Assembly (NCBI GenBank): GCA_013239625.1
Contig: MU054187.1
Location: 12,565,325-12,629,324, forward strand
DNA length: 64,000 nt
Reading direction: 5' to 3'
Source: Lama guanicoe
Taxonomy: Eukaryota
The position numbers and the translations under genes are program-made. Positions 1-13,100 of the stretch are shown here, one piece after another (position 1 is the first letter of the stretch; the number at the start of each line of letters is the position of its first letter). Below the pieces are notes generated by a model that saw only the letters and a program-made list of their open reading frames with translations, was not told where the DNA came from and did no database searches.

Positions 1-148
1 TCCTATTAAATTTGGGCCCCACCGTTATGACCTCTAATATGACGGTATTAACCCTAATACCCCCCTAAAGGCCCTGTCTCAATGTGTAGTCACACTGGGA
101 CTTAGGGCTTTAATATGAATTTTGGAAGAACACAATTCAGTCCATAAA
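1..148 (-). mobile_element. MLT1-family (ERVL-MaLR) LTR, partial, runs off window start
   Basis: 'gggccccaccgttatgacctct...aaggccctgtctc...atatgaattttggaagaacacaattcagtccataa' is the reverse complement of the MLT1 LTR 5' end; similar to the copy at 38426-38817. Confidence 0.8.
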
Positions 149-149
149 A

Positions 150-1332
150 GGTATGAAAGTAGGCACTGTTTTAAAATAAGAAAATAATTTACAGCAAATT
201 ACAGGGATAAGAAAGCTGACCAGTACCACAAACTTCAAAAGAGAAAGAAAAGTAGTATATCTTTATTATTTTAATACTCTTTTCTCTACATTTTTTGGCT
301 GTTTACTCTCTGATTGGCTTTTGACTTGATAATGATTTTATAATACAATTTCTATAGAGAGAAAAGATTCAGTCTTTTTTCTAACATAGTTAATTGAAAT
401 TTGTTTTTTTATTTATTTTTAATTTGGGAAAGTTTCAACTTCACAAATTAATGATAATATTATATGTATTTTTTTGATTCTTGTCAAATTTGGGAAAAGC
501 TCCAACAATTTCTTCAGATAATATGCCATAAGATTAGAATAGATCAAGATTTTTTATTTTTGGTGAACTAATTTTAAATACTGTTTGAATTAACAACACT
601 AGTTTATTGTCAATGTCTCATTTAGTGAATATTGGGAGTCTTACTGGGAGTTTTCTTCACTGGTGTCAGTAATGTCAAATCAGAAGGAAATTAGTAAGAT
701 TCTATATAAGTATGATTGGGCAAGGTCATTTCATACCAAGAGGAGTGCAGAAGCAAAGGCATGGTTTGGCAAAGACAAGAAATTTAGTTTGAATAGAGTG
801 AAATGTACAGATTAGACTAGCAAAATGATCAGGAAAATTATGTTGGGAACAGGTAGGTATGTGGGAAATGGGAAATGATGTCAAACTGATAGCACCAGCT
901 GAATGAGCATAGTCCATTGTGCCTTAACGTTAAGTAGTTAAAGGCTTGTTGAGGGCAGTAATCATGTAGTGTTAAGATCAGGAGAACTGCTTGAGAATCC
1001 TAGATCTGTCACTTACTAGTTGTAGTTATTCAAGCAAATCTTGTAAACATACCCCTTAAACCTAAAGTGTTCTCAACGCTGTTTCCCTTTAGCCAGATCC
1101 CCAAAATGACCACAGCTGCTTCAGTAGACCAGGGGAAAATGCGGGAATGGGTAAGAAGGAATAGAGGTGGGGAATTTAGTCAATTGCAATTAAAATATCT
1201 TATTTTTCCAAATTATATAAAAATATATGACAAAGTGAACCTATTGCTAGGGCTTTGCCAGGTTTGGAAGGAGTCTGGGCATATGTGGGTCCTGATTTAA
1301 GCTTCACTAGCTTCATGATAAATCTACTTTTG
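150..1332 (-). mobile_element. Zaphod/MER115-like hAT-Tip100 DNA transposon fossil (fragments ~150-520 and ~1045-1332)
   Basis: Minus strand near 420-495 reads PNLTRIKKIHIILSLICEVETFPKL, a degenerate hAT C-terminal dimerisation motif; 'ttaagcttcactagcttcatgataaatctactttt' (~1297-1331) resembles the Zaphod terminus. Confidence 0.7.
953..1045 (+). mobile_element. MIR SINE fragment
   Basis: 'gtagtgttaagatcaggagaactgcttgagaatcctagatctgtcacttactagttgtag' matches the MIR head/core. Confidence 0.6.
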
Positions 1333-1439
1333 AGGTGAAAATATTGATTAACTTTAAACTTTGATGTGTTTAATATGCATGTTGTGATTTCTAGGGAAAC
1401 TGTCAAAGAATAAAAACGTCTTATCACTGAAGGACATGG

Positions 1440-1880
1440 GTTATTAGATTGAAAGGGTGATAAAAATGGCTCATACCAAGCCCATCATTATAACATTTCA
1501 GATAAGATTAAGATAAGATTCTAGAAGATTTGAAAGAAAAAAAGATCACTTAGAGATAGGGAAACTGAATAGCATTGAAATTCTTAACTGTAACACTTGA
1601 GATTAGAACTTAATAGAGCAATGACCTCAAAGTTTCAATGGAAAACATTTTTAAACTTTGAATTTTATTTCTAACAAAACTGTATCAAATATGAGGGTAG
1701 AATAAAGACGTTTTGAGACATACATGGTCTCAAAAGTTCGGCTGGGGTGCCACTTTTCTCAGGAATGTCTGGAGAATGTTTGATCAAAACATGAGAATGA
1801 AGCAAGAAAGAAATATGGGAACAGGAAACAGGAAGTCAGCACTGAAGAGAGGTGAAGGGAAATTCTGGGAAGATAGGAAG
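1440..1880 (+). mobile_element. HAL1 (half-L1) ORF1-region fossil
   Basis: 'gagggtagaataaagacgttttgagacatacatggtctcaaaag...ttttctcaggaatgtctggagaatg...ggaaacaggaagtcagcactgaagagaggtgaagggaaattc' resembles the HAL1 consensus. Confidence 0.65.
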
Positions 1881-2486
1881 CAAACGTTGACAACAACCAG
1901 AAAGTGATATTTTAATTCAAATACTGCTGAATTAAAAAGAAGGAAAAAAGAATTCCAACTCATTGAGCCAATGAGGCTAAGTGGGAATAATGAACATTCT
2001 GTATTTTGCTCTAAATTTTTTTTTCTTTCTAATTCTCTAGTATCTTTGCTTTCAGTTTTGTAAGTCCCCAGCTTTGACAGTGGGGCTAATGGCATGCCTT
2101 TCCAGTGTAGTAATGAACTTACTCTTCTGTTACTTGTTGGGGAAAAAATGGGGTAAAGATGTCAAGCCTATAGAAATTTGTAAGTTTTAGAACACATTTG
2201 TTCATTTGATCCATCATCTTAAAGATATGGGAAACTGGGCTTGTTGATATCTCATACTTATGTTAAATTTTCTGGTTAACCTCCCGCCCTCTCTTTCTCC
2301 CTGCCCACCTCTCTCTCATGATACTGTTTCTTAGTGACTTAGTTATATGCCAAGGTCAAAGCGAAAAAGACTGAAACAGCTAGGACTGTAACTGTAGTCT
2401 CTTAGAGAACTTCCAGAGTATGGAAAGTGTTCCATTAAACCAGTTGCTCAATAAAATTTGTCCAATGCATTTATTTAGACTCCTAT

Positions 2487-2760
2487 GAGCAGTCTAATGT
2501 AGTGGTTAAATACACCAACTTTGAAATCGGTCAGATTTCAGTTCAAATTTCACCTCTCTGCAACTTGCTGGCTGTGTGACTTGGGTCAAGTAATATATAT
2601 ACATTCTCTAAGCATCAATTCCTTCATATGTAATATAGGAATATTAATACCTATTTCAAAAGATTAGATGAGTATATAAAGTACCTGACATATGTTCGTG
2701 GATGTGTGCATACAGGTAAAGCTTGTATGGCATATAGTAATTTAATATTGCTATTATTAT
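2487..2760 (+). mobile_element. MIR SINE immediately upstream of the XKR9 splice acceptor
   Basis: 'gtagtggttaa...cttgctggctgtgtgacttgggtcaagt...cctatttcaaaagatt...' MIR core with ATT-rich tail. Confidence 0.75.
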
Positions 2761-2782
2761 TCTTATAAAAATATATCTTTAA

Positions 2783-3430
<648 letters not shown>

Positions 3431-3914
3431 GCTATTCACTTATGAGATATGTTTAATTTTTTTTGTTTTATTGGTTAGTAAAGAAAATGTTTGCGTATGT
3501 GTATGTGTTGTTTTTAATTTTTGCCTTCTTTTATTTGAGATCAATTCTGCTACATTAATTATGAATGTTAGAGAGTATAATAATATTTTTATTATTTAAA
3601 TCAATTTCTCATTTGGTTTTGAAGATCTTGGGTACTTAGATATATTTGCTTATTGCCTGGTAGGGTTGCCATCTTGAACTTGAATTGAAAGAAATGGTTT
3701 GCTTCCTGTAATTAGAAGGCTGGAATTGAACTTCCCAACTTTTCCCTTATTGTTTCTGAACTAAAACTGATGTACTTATAGTGGGGAACTCAAAGGAAGA
3801 GAAGAGCAGAATACTCATTCTTCTTTCCTGCATTTTCTTGATTCAGTGTGTGTATTTTGAGCAAGGGACAGATTAAGTAGAGGAAAAGAAAGGAGGGAAG
3901 AAGAAGAACACAAA

Positions 3915-4813
3915 ACAGATAATTTACCATCTTAAAATCATTTTTAAGTGTACAGTTCAATAGTGTTAACTATATTCACTTTGTTGTGCTGCTCTATAAC
4001 ATTTTCATCTTGTAGAACTGCGGTTCTGTTCCCACTGAATAACAAATCCCCATTCCTGTCTCTCTCTCTCCAGCCTCTGGCAACCACGATTCTATTTTCT
4101 ATTTCTATGAATTTGGCTACTGTAGATACTTCAAATAAGTTGAATCATACGTTATTTGTCTTTTTGTGAGTGGCTTATTTCTCTTAGAATAGTGTCCTCA
4201 GGGTTCTTCTGTGTTGTAGCATGTGACAGGATTTCCTTCTTTTTTTAAAAAAGCTGAGTAATATTCCATTGTATGGATATGCCACATTTTCTCTGTCCAT
4301 CACTGGGTTGCTTCTACCTCTTGGCTGTTATGAATAATGCTGTAATGAACATGGGTTTGCAAATCTCTCTCCAATATTCTGCTTTCAATTCTTTGGGATA
4401 TACACTCAGAAGTGGGATTGCTAGATCATATAGTTATCCTATTTTTAATCTTTTGAGGAACCACCATACTGTTCTCTGTAGTGTCTGCATCATTTTACAG
4501 TTCCACCAACAGTGTATTAAAATTCTCATTTTTCCACTCCTCACCAACACTTGTTATTTAATTAATTAATTAATTTAGGATAGCAACTATCCTAATGGGT
4601 ATGAGGTGATATCTCACTATAGTTTTGATTTGCATTTCTTTAATTATTAGTGATGTTGAGGAACTTTTCATGTACCTGTTAGCCATTTGTATATCTTCCT
4701 TGGGGAAATGTCTGCATTTGATAAGGTGTTAATATCCAGAATATAGAAATAACTACAACTCAATAGCAAAAATACCCAAATAACCTGATTAAAAAGTGGA
4801 GTAAGGATTTGAA
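3915..4813 (-). mobile_element. L1MB-type LINE-1 3' end with 5' inversion (4715-4813 on +)
   Basis: Antisense L1 3' UTR/ORF2 end up to 'ggggaaatgtctg' (4714), then a sense-orientation block ending 'aaggatttgaa' that is contiguous with it in the L1 consensus. Confidence 0.85.
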
Positions 4814-5739
4814 GTAACCAAATCATATTTAAACAGTTTTCTGCATTATTCTTTCTAGTAAGAAGTAAATTTTGATCCTAGGAGTAATAGGTAGGACAGT
4901 TGGGTTAGGTTAAACTCCTGGAAATAATGAAGCTTTTCTATCAAACTCTCTTTTCTTTTTCGTTCTTTACTTTTTCTTTTCCTTGGGTCAGCTCTTAATG
5001 AATGTGTCCTCAAACAATAGCCTTCTCTATTACAAAGAGAAAAAAATTGCCATTCCTACATTTAGTCTTATAACTTAATATAAAATTGCTGTCTAGCTGT
5101 TGGGAAGAACGGTGAACTTACTGGATACGACACATTTCAACTACTAGAAAACAATAAGTAAATGTTAAGTGCTAATTCTCTGTCTAGCACTCTGTTAGGT
5201 ACTGTTTTGGATACAAAACAAGTGTAGAATAAAATTACGTTTCTGGAGAGAGTAACATACTGAAGCGTTTACAGAAACTGACAAACTATTTTTCAGAATG
5301 TTTACTATTTGCGATTTTCACTTAATAGTAACTTAAACAAATCTCAAGTAATAGAAGTGGCTATATTTGTATGCTTACAAGGAGTATATATAAAAACGCA
5401 GTAAGATGTCGCTTGCACTACTCTTTAAGAAAGTTAGGCAACGTGGAAGAACCTTTTACTCTTGATGGAGCTAGGGAATCTACAGTTTACTTTGGGAACA
5501 TGATCCTTGTATGTGTGAACCCCACTTATTGCATTTCTCCCTTTCTGTGGATGTTTGGTGTATTTATATATATGTATATTTGAGAGAGTGAAGATGAGAA
5601 AAGAGCTTAAACTCACTTAGCAGTTCTTGAATCAGTACCTTTGAATCATAAAGGACCAAAAGCCTTTGAGTCATAAAATGAAAGTGCTTGTCATTCCTTC
5701 CTCAAGATTTAAATGCCTCTGTGTTACTTCCCTTCAGCC

Positions 5740-7150
5740 AAGGGAAATTCTTATAACATCATCTGTAGGTTAGGTTTGTTGATGATGAATTTCTTTTCTT
5801 TTTCTTTATCTGAATATATCTTTATTTCTGCTTTATTCTTACAGGATATATAGGATATAGAGTTCTGGATTGACAGTTTTTTTTTTAAAGCATCTTAAAG
5901 ATTATTCCACTAATTTCTGGCCTCCATTGTTTCTGATGACAAATTAGTGATAATTCAAATCATTGCCCCCCTATTTTATAATATGTTGCTTTTCTCTGGC
6001 TATTTTGAGATTTTACCTTTAGTTTTTGGTTTGCAATAGTTTGACTACTGTATTTATGGGTATAGCTTTTCTTTGTAGTTATCCTACTTGGGGTTCTCTG
6101 AGTATCTTAAAGCTATAAATTTTACCATATTTAAAGTTCCTGGCCATTATTCTTCATATTCTCTTTCTATCACATTCTCTCTCTTCTTGGACTTCACTAA
6201 CACATATGTTAGACCTGTTGATATTATTCCACAGACCATGAAGGCTCTGTTCGTTCTTTTCCAGCTTATTTTCTCTGTCCTTTATATTAAATTTGTCTTT
6301 AAGTTCACTGACTTTTATTTTATCTTCAGTCTGTCAAGTTCATCCAATGAATTTTTTAAAAAGAATTCAGATTTTTTTTTATGTTTTTGAATTTTCATTT
6401 GGTTCTTTTTTATGGCTTTTATTTCTTTGCTAAGTTTTTATATCTTTATTCATTATGAGCATATTTTCCTTTTTATCCTTGATAATAATTATAATTGATG
6501 CTTTAAAATCCTTGTCTGTTATTTCCAGTATCTGCATCATCTCAGGATTGGTCTCCATTGATCACCTTTTCTCTTCAGTATGGGTTGCATTTTCCTGCTT
6601 TCCTTATATGTCCTCTAATTTTGAATTGTGTCCTGGATGTTATGAGTGATGCACTTTAGATCCTCTTGATTCTGATTGTTATTTATAGGATTTTTTTTTT
6701 TTAGCAAGCAGTTAGCTTGAACTTTAAACTCTGAACTTTAAACAATTTTTATTTGTTTAGCCTTCAGTGTACTGCTTGGAGTCTGCCCCTCATGTGTGCA
6801 GAGTTCAGAGTCAGTCAGAGACTTGGGAAGAATTAATATCTGGAATGAGGTTTACTCTATGTTGGCTCGTTCCTTTCTATAATTTTCAGTATCACTTTTC
6901 AGCTAACGTGGTCACTCCATACGCTGTCCTCTGGGACTTTAAACTGCTAGGACTGCAGATTTTCTACTTGGGTTTGTGTACTCAGTGTGTTGACTGTGGT
7001 CTGTCTTCACTTAGTACCAGTTCTTCTTAATGTTAACCTCTTTCCAGTATCTGCCTACTTTTCTTGCTCTCAAGTGCTTTCACTTTTTTTTCCATATTTT
7101 GTCCAGAGTTTATAGTATTTTTTTTTGTGAGAGTGTTTAAGCAGTAAGAG
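5740..7150 (-). mobile_element. Old L1M (ORF1/5' region) fossil
   Basis: T-rich antisense L1 motifs 'ggatatagagttctggattgacag', 'ttctggcctccattgtttctgatga', 'gttcactgac...tcttcagtctgtcaagttcatccaatgaattttt'. Confidence 0.75.
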
Positions 7151-7304
7151 CTCTACCCATCTTTTTTTATTAACCAGTAATATTTTCAGCAGTCTTTCTG
7201 TAATATTTGCATTTGTTCTGTGATATTTGCTTAAATATGGTGTGTAAATTTCTTTTATTTAACATTTAAACTTCTCTTAACCCTTACTTTCTTCGCCCTC
7301 ACAA

Positions 7305-7478
7305 AAAAGGGCAATATAGATATTATTATTATTATCATCATCATCCTCATCATCATCACTACCCTTTAGCTGGGAAAATCAAGCCTCACAGAATTTAAGT
7401 AACTCACCAAAGCTCACACAGATCAAATCTCATACTTTTGACCTCAAGTCCTGTTTGCTTTCTGTGGGACCATGCTGT
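7305..7478 (-). mobile_element. MIR SINE with internal (ATT)n(ATC)n microsatellite
   Basis: 'gaatttaagtaactcaccaaagctcacacag...tttgacctcaagtcctgt' is antisense MIR. Confidence 0.65.
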
Positions 7479-8100
7479 TTTTTTTATCTGATAAGTAGAT
7501 GAACTAACCATTGGCAACCTAGAGCTGATACTAACTTATACATGATTTACAAATTATTAGTAAATTACTTATTTGCCCACAATACAATTTTAAAAAGTTT
7601 GGCCCAAATATTTTGGCCTTAATTCAGGGTGGAGCTGAGGTTGTATCACTGATAGTTTCAATAATTCAACTAACAATATATGTATTGGGAAGTAGCAATT
7701 TATGTAATGGAGAAAACGGGTAGAAAATAATATACATCTGCTAAAGAACTTGAATATTAAATGCCCCACAGAAACCTGGATTGAATATTCAATCCATTCA
7801 ACAAACATTTTCCCCTTGATTTTATAACCAAGAAGCAAACAAGTGGATCCGGGTCAGATGTTTTGGCTAGTTAACAGGCTCTTAAAATGAACTTTTGCTA
7901 TCTAGTGAATTTATTCTTATTCATTTTATCCTGTTATTTTCTGTACCATCCAGTCATGGATTTATAACACTTTAGAATCTCCCCAACTAAATGTTAGCTT
8001 TTTCTAGATTATTCTGCGCATATAAGAGGCCTTTGAACATTTAGAAAAAACATTGGAATAATTATGATCAAGACTCTCATTAAAGAACACTCATAAGCAC

Positions 8101-8597
8101 TGTCCTAGTCAAGGTTCTCCAGAGAAACAAAACCAATAGGATAGATACAGATACACGTAAGAGGAGATTGATCGTGAGAATTGACTCACGTGGTTATGGA
8201 GGTGGAAAAGTCTGCAGGCTGGAGAACCATGAAAGCCTGTGTGCTATTCTGTCCAAGTCTGAAGGCCTAAGAATTGTGGGGCTAAAGTTGTAAGTACTGA
8301 TCTGAGTCTGAAAGCTTGAAAACCAGAAGCGCCAATGTCTGAGGACAAGATGGATGTCTTAGCTCAAGCAGAGAAAGCGAATTTGCCCTTCTTCTGCCTT
8401 TTTGTTCTGTTTAGGCCCTCAATAGATTGGATGATACCCGCTCACACTGCGGAGGGCGTTTGCTTTACTCAGTTCATCAAATCAAACGTTATTCTCTTTG
8501 AGAAGCACCCTCACAGACACACCCAGAACCAATGTTTTACCAGCTATCCTGGCATCCCTTAGTCCAGTCAAGTTAATACAGAAAATTAATTATCACA
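8101..8597 (-). mobile_element. MLT2 (ERVL) solo LTR
   Basis: TG...CA termini 'tgtcctagtcaaggttctccagagaaac' and 'agtcaagttaatacagaaaattaattatcaca'; near-TSD agcac (8096-8100) / tgcac (8598-8602). Confidence 0.88.
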
Positions 8598-8653
8598 TGC
8601 ACCTGTACACTTTCACATTTGCTTCAAACACAAATAGAATGCTTCCCTTGGAC

Positions 8654-8837
8654 TAGTAGTTCTCAAATATTAGTGTGCATTGGAATCACCTAGAGTGTCC
8701 ATTAAAACAGTTTGCTGGGCACCGTCCATTGAGTTTCTTTTCAGTAGGTCTTATGTGGGGCTTGAAATCTGTATGTCTAAGAAGTTCCTGGATGTTGTTA
8801 AGTTGTTGGCCTGCCCACCTGGCTTTGAGAACAGCTG
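8654..8837. mobile_element. MER5A (hAT-Charlie MITE)
   Basis: TIR-like ends 'tagtagttctcaaa' and 'tttgagaacagctg'; internal 'gcattggaatcacctagag' and 'tcagtaggtct'. Confidence 0.85.
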
Positions 8838-8879
8838 ACTTTTGAAGGCTGATATCGCTGTTAATAACTAGTTACAAAA

Positions 8880-8898
8880 TAGCCACCAGAGGGCAGTG
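8880..8898 (+). promoter_or_regulatory. Candidate CTCF binding site
   Basis: TAGCCACCAGAGGGCAGTG closely matches the CTCF core CCASYAGRKGGCRS; lies in non-repeat sequence. Confidence 0.65.
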
Positions 8899-9539
8899 GA
8901 ACCACAGACAAATTGGATGTGCTGCTTAATAGTTTCCCTGGTTTTGTGCTATCAGCCACAGTATTGCCGCAAGCTGTAAGAATACCAAAGCCAAACGTGA
9001 ATTTCCTGTACAGTATCTTGAAGTTCATTCTCAATTGTAATATAAATCAAATCTTGTCTTTATGACTGGGGGAATCATACAGGTATAATGCAACTCTAAC
9101 TCTGGCTGATGCCCCTTTCATGATAATAATAAATTAAAAATTGGACTTTTCTAAGTGGACATTTGCATATACCTAGTAGTCTTTGGGGGTGAACATGAAC
9201 AATTTGTATTTTCCCAAAGAAGCTACATAGGTTTAGTTTGTTATGGAGATAATTCTACATGTAAGTGGTATTTATTGTTTTAAGACATGCACCTTTTATT
9301 TCATGAAAAAGTGAGACCTAAGTACTTTTTAAAAATATTAAACTTAGTATACACTAAACTTCAGTTCACAGATCTGAGGGCTGTCTATGGGTTCAGCACT
9401 GTGGTAGGATAAGTTTTAGTAAATACCTGTTTCTTAATTGATCACCACTTCAGAGAGAGTTTTGTGTTTTTTGGTGGTCTGTGAATGAAAAGCACTTTTT
9501 AAAAAATTGTGGGACAATTACTGGGTAATCTATTTATTC

Positions 9540-10090
9540 TTTTTTTAAAAAACAGCTTTATTGAGGTATAAGTCACATACAACTCGTCTATTTAAACTGT
9601 ACAACTCAGTGTTTTATAGTGTATTCTCAGACATGTTCCATCCTTACCATGGTCAATTTTAGAACATTTTCATCACCTCAAAAAGAACTTCAGTACCTTT
9701 ATCTATCACTTCTGTGATGGTTAATTTGTGTGTAGATTTGGCTGGGCCACAATGCCTTGATATACAGTCAAACAGTATTTTGGATGTTTCTATGAAGGTG
9801 TTTTTGGATAAGATTAACATTTAAATAGATGGAATTTGAATAAAGCAGATTATTTTCCATAACATGAGTGAGCCTTATCCAACCAGCTGAAGGCCTGAAT
9901 AGAACAAAAGACTGACCTCCCCTAAGCAAGAGGGAGTTCTGGCCTTCACACTTGAACTACAGCATGCGCTCATCTTGGGCCTCCAGCTTGTTGGCCACCC
10001 TGCAGATTTTGAACTTACACTAGCCTCCATAATTGCATGAGTCAGTTCCTTAAAATAAATCTCTTTCTCTCTGTGTCTCTCTCTCTCTGT

Positions 10091-10133
<43 letters not shown>

Positions 10134-13100
10134 ATTAATTTTGTTTCTCTGGAGAACACTAACTAATAACCTCTTCCCTCATCCAACCATTACCTCCCCA
10201 TCTTCCCTTCCACTGCTCCCAGTCCTAGGCAACCACTAATCTACTTTGTATCTCTATAGATTTTCCTATTCTGGACTTTCATGTGAATGGAATCATATAG
10301 TAATTGGTCTTTTGTGACTGGCTTCTTTCATTTAACATAATGTTTTCTGGGTTCATTTATATTGTAACATGTATCAGCACTTCATTTCTTTTTATATATA
10401 ATAATATTCCATTGTATGAATATACCACATTTTGTTTATCTGATAGTCCATTAATGGATGTTTGGATTGTTTCCACTATTTGCTATTATGCTTCTATAAA
10501 CATTTGATACAAGTTTCTGTGTAGACATATGTTTTCATTTCTCTTGGGTATATACCTAGGAGTGGAATTGCTGGGTCATATAGTAACTCTGTGTTTAATT
10601 GTTTGAGGAGCTGCTAGACCGTTTTTCAAAGCAGATGCACCACTTTACATTCCTGCCACTAGTGTATGAGGGTTCCAGCTCCTTTGCATCTTCGCCAACA
10701 ATTGTCATTTTTGATACTAGCCACCCTAGTGGGTAGAAATGGTATCTTATTGTGGTTTTGATTTGTATTCTCCTTTTAACTAATAATGTCAGGCATCCTT
10801 TTATATGCTTATTATTGGCCATTTGTATATATTTTTTTGGGAAATGTCTATTTAGATTCTTTGCTTATTTTTAAAATTTGGTTATTTTCCTTTTTATTAC
10901 TGACTTGTGAGGGTTCTTTATATATTCTAGATTCAAGTCTCTTATCAAATATATGATTTGAAAATATTTGCTCCTATTCCTTGATGGCCTCTTTTGAAGC
11001 ACAAAAGTTTTACTTTTTGATGAAGTGCAATTTATCAATTTTTTTCTTTTGCTACTCATATTTTTCATGTCATGTCTAAGAATCCTTTGCCAAATCCAAG
11101 GTCATGAATATTTGCCCCTATGTTTTCTTCTAAGAGTTTAATAGTTTTGGTTTGTACGTTTATGTTTTTAATCCATTTTCAGTTAGTTTTTGTGTGTGGT
11201 ATGAAGTAAGAATTCAAAATGTCATTCCTTTGCATGTGACTATCCACCTCTCCCGGCACCATTTTTTGAGAAGACTATTCTTTGTCCATTTTCTGGTCTT
11301 GGTACCTTTGTTGAAAATCAGTTGGCCAAAGAGTAATCAGATTATTTCTGGATTCTGAATTCTATTCTATTGATCTGTATGTCTGTCCTTGTGCCAGTAC
11401 CACACTCTTGTGATTACTATTGCTTTGTAGTAAGTTTTAAAATTGGGAAGTGTGAGTCTTTCTTGTTATTTCCTCTTTTTCAGGATTGTTTTGACTATTC
11501 TGGGTCTTTTGCAATTCCATATGAATTTTAGAATCAGCTTGTCAATTTCTGCAAAGAAGTCAGGGATTCTGATAGGGATTGTAGATTAGTTTGGTAAGTA
11601 TTGCCATTTTAACAATGTTAATTAAGTCTTCCAGTCCTTGAATGTGGGTTGTTTTTCCAATTATTTAGGTCTTTAATTTCTTTCAACAATGTTTTATAGA
11701 TTTCAGAGTATAAATTTTGTACTTCTTTTTATTAAATTTAATCTTAAGTATTTTATTATTTTTGATGCTATTGTGAGTGGAATTGTTTTGTTGATTTCAT
11801 TTTCAGATTGTTTATTGCCAATGAAAAGCAACTGATTTTTGTGCATTGATCTGGTATCATGCAACTTTGTTAAACTCACTTATTAGTTGTAATAGCTTTT
11901 TAGTATTACCTTAGGATTTTCTATATACAAGAGTACAGTACGTCATCTACAAATGTAATTTTACTCCTTCCTTTCAAATTTGGATGCCTATTCTTTTTTG
12001 TTTTTAATTCCCTTGGCTAGAACATTCCAGTACTATGTTGAATAGAAATCATGAGAGCAGATATCCTTGACTTGCTCCTCATCTTAGGGAGAAAGTTCAG
12101 TTTTTCACCATTAATTATGATGTTAGCTGTGGGTTTTTCATACATACTCTTTATCAGTTTGAAGAAGTTCTCTTTTATGCCTAATTTGTTTAATGTTTTT
12201 ATCATGAAGGGGTGACATGTTTTTTCAAATTCTTTTGAGATGATTATGTGGTTGCGATGATTATATGATTTTTGTTTTTTGTTCTACTTATATGATGTAT
12301 TATATTAACTGATTTCAGATGCTAAACCAACCTTGAATCCCTATAATAAATCCCGCTTGGTCATGGATCTTCTTTTTCCTCTCCTTCTGGTACTTCCTTT
12401 ATCTCTATGTTGGTGTGGCTAATGGTTTCTCGCAGTTCTCTGAGGTTCTGTTTATTTTTCTTTATTCTTTTTCCTCTCTGTTTTTTCGCTTACATAATCT
12501 CTATCAATCTGTCTTCAGGTTTACCAATTCTTTCTTCTACTAGTTCAAATCTATCATTGATCTCTTCTAGCAATTTTTAAATTTCAGTTATTGCACTTTT
12601 AACTCCAAATTTCCATTTGGTTCTTTTAAAAAATAATTTTTGTCTCTTTACTGATATTCTCTATTTGGTGCAACATTGACAATAGTCTTTCCTTAAGTAA
12701 ACATGGTTTTTACATGGTATTTTAAACATGGTTTTCTTTAGTTCTGTGAACATGTTTATAATGATTAGTATGAAGAGTTTTTACGCTGAGTCAGACATCT
12801 GGTTGCTCTCATAGGATGTTTCTGTTGCCTACTTTTATCTTTTTTGAAGTATGGGTCATAATTTCTTGTTTATTTGCATGCTTCATAATTTTTGTTGGTA
12901 ATTGGACATTTTAGGTAATATATTGTAGGAACTCTGGGCACTAGTCCCCTCATTCTGGGGCTTATTTACTTATTTATTTGTTTAGTGATTGGCTGGATTA
13001 TTTTAGTGCAGTCTGCCCTTCCCCTATCCCCTACACTCAGTGTTAAGACTCTGATGCTGCTTCTCAGGGAGGCACAGTTTTAGGTTTGCCCACAGTCGCT

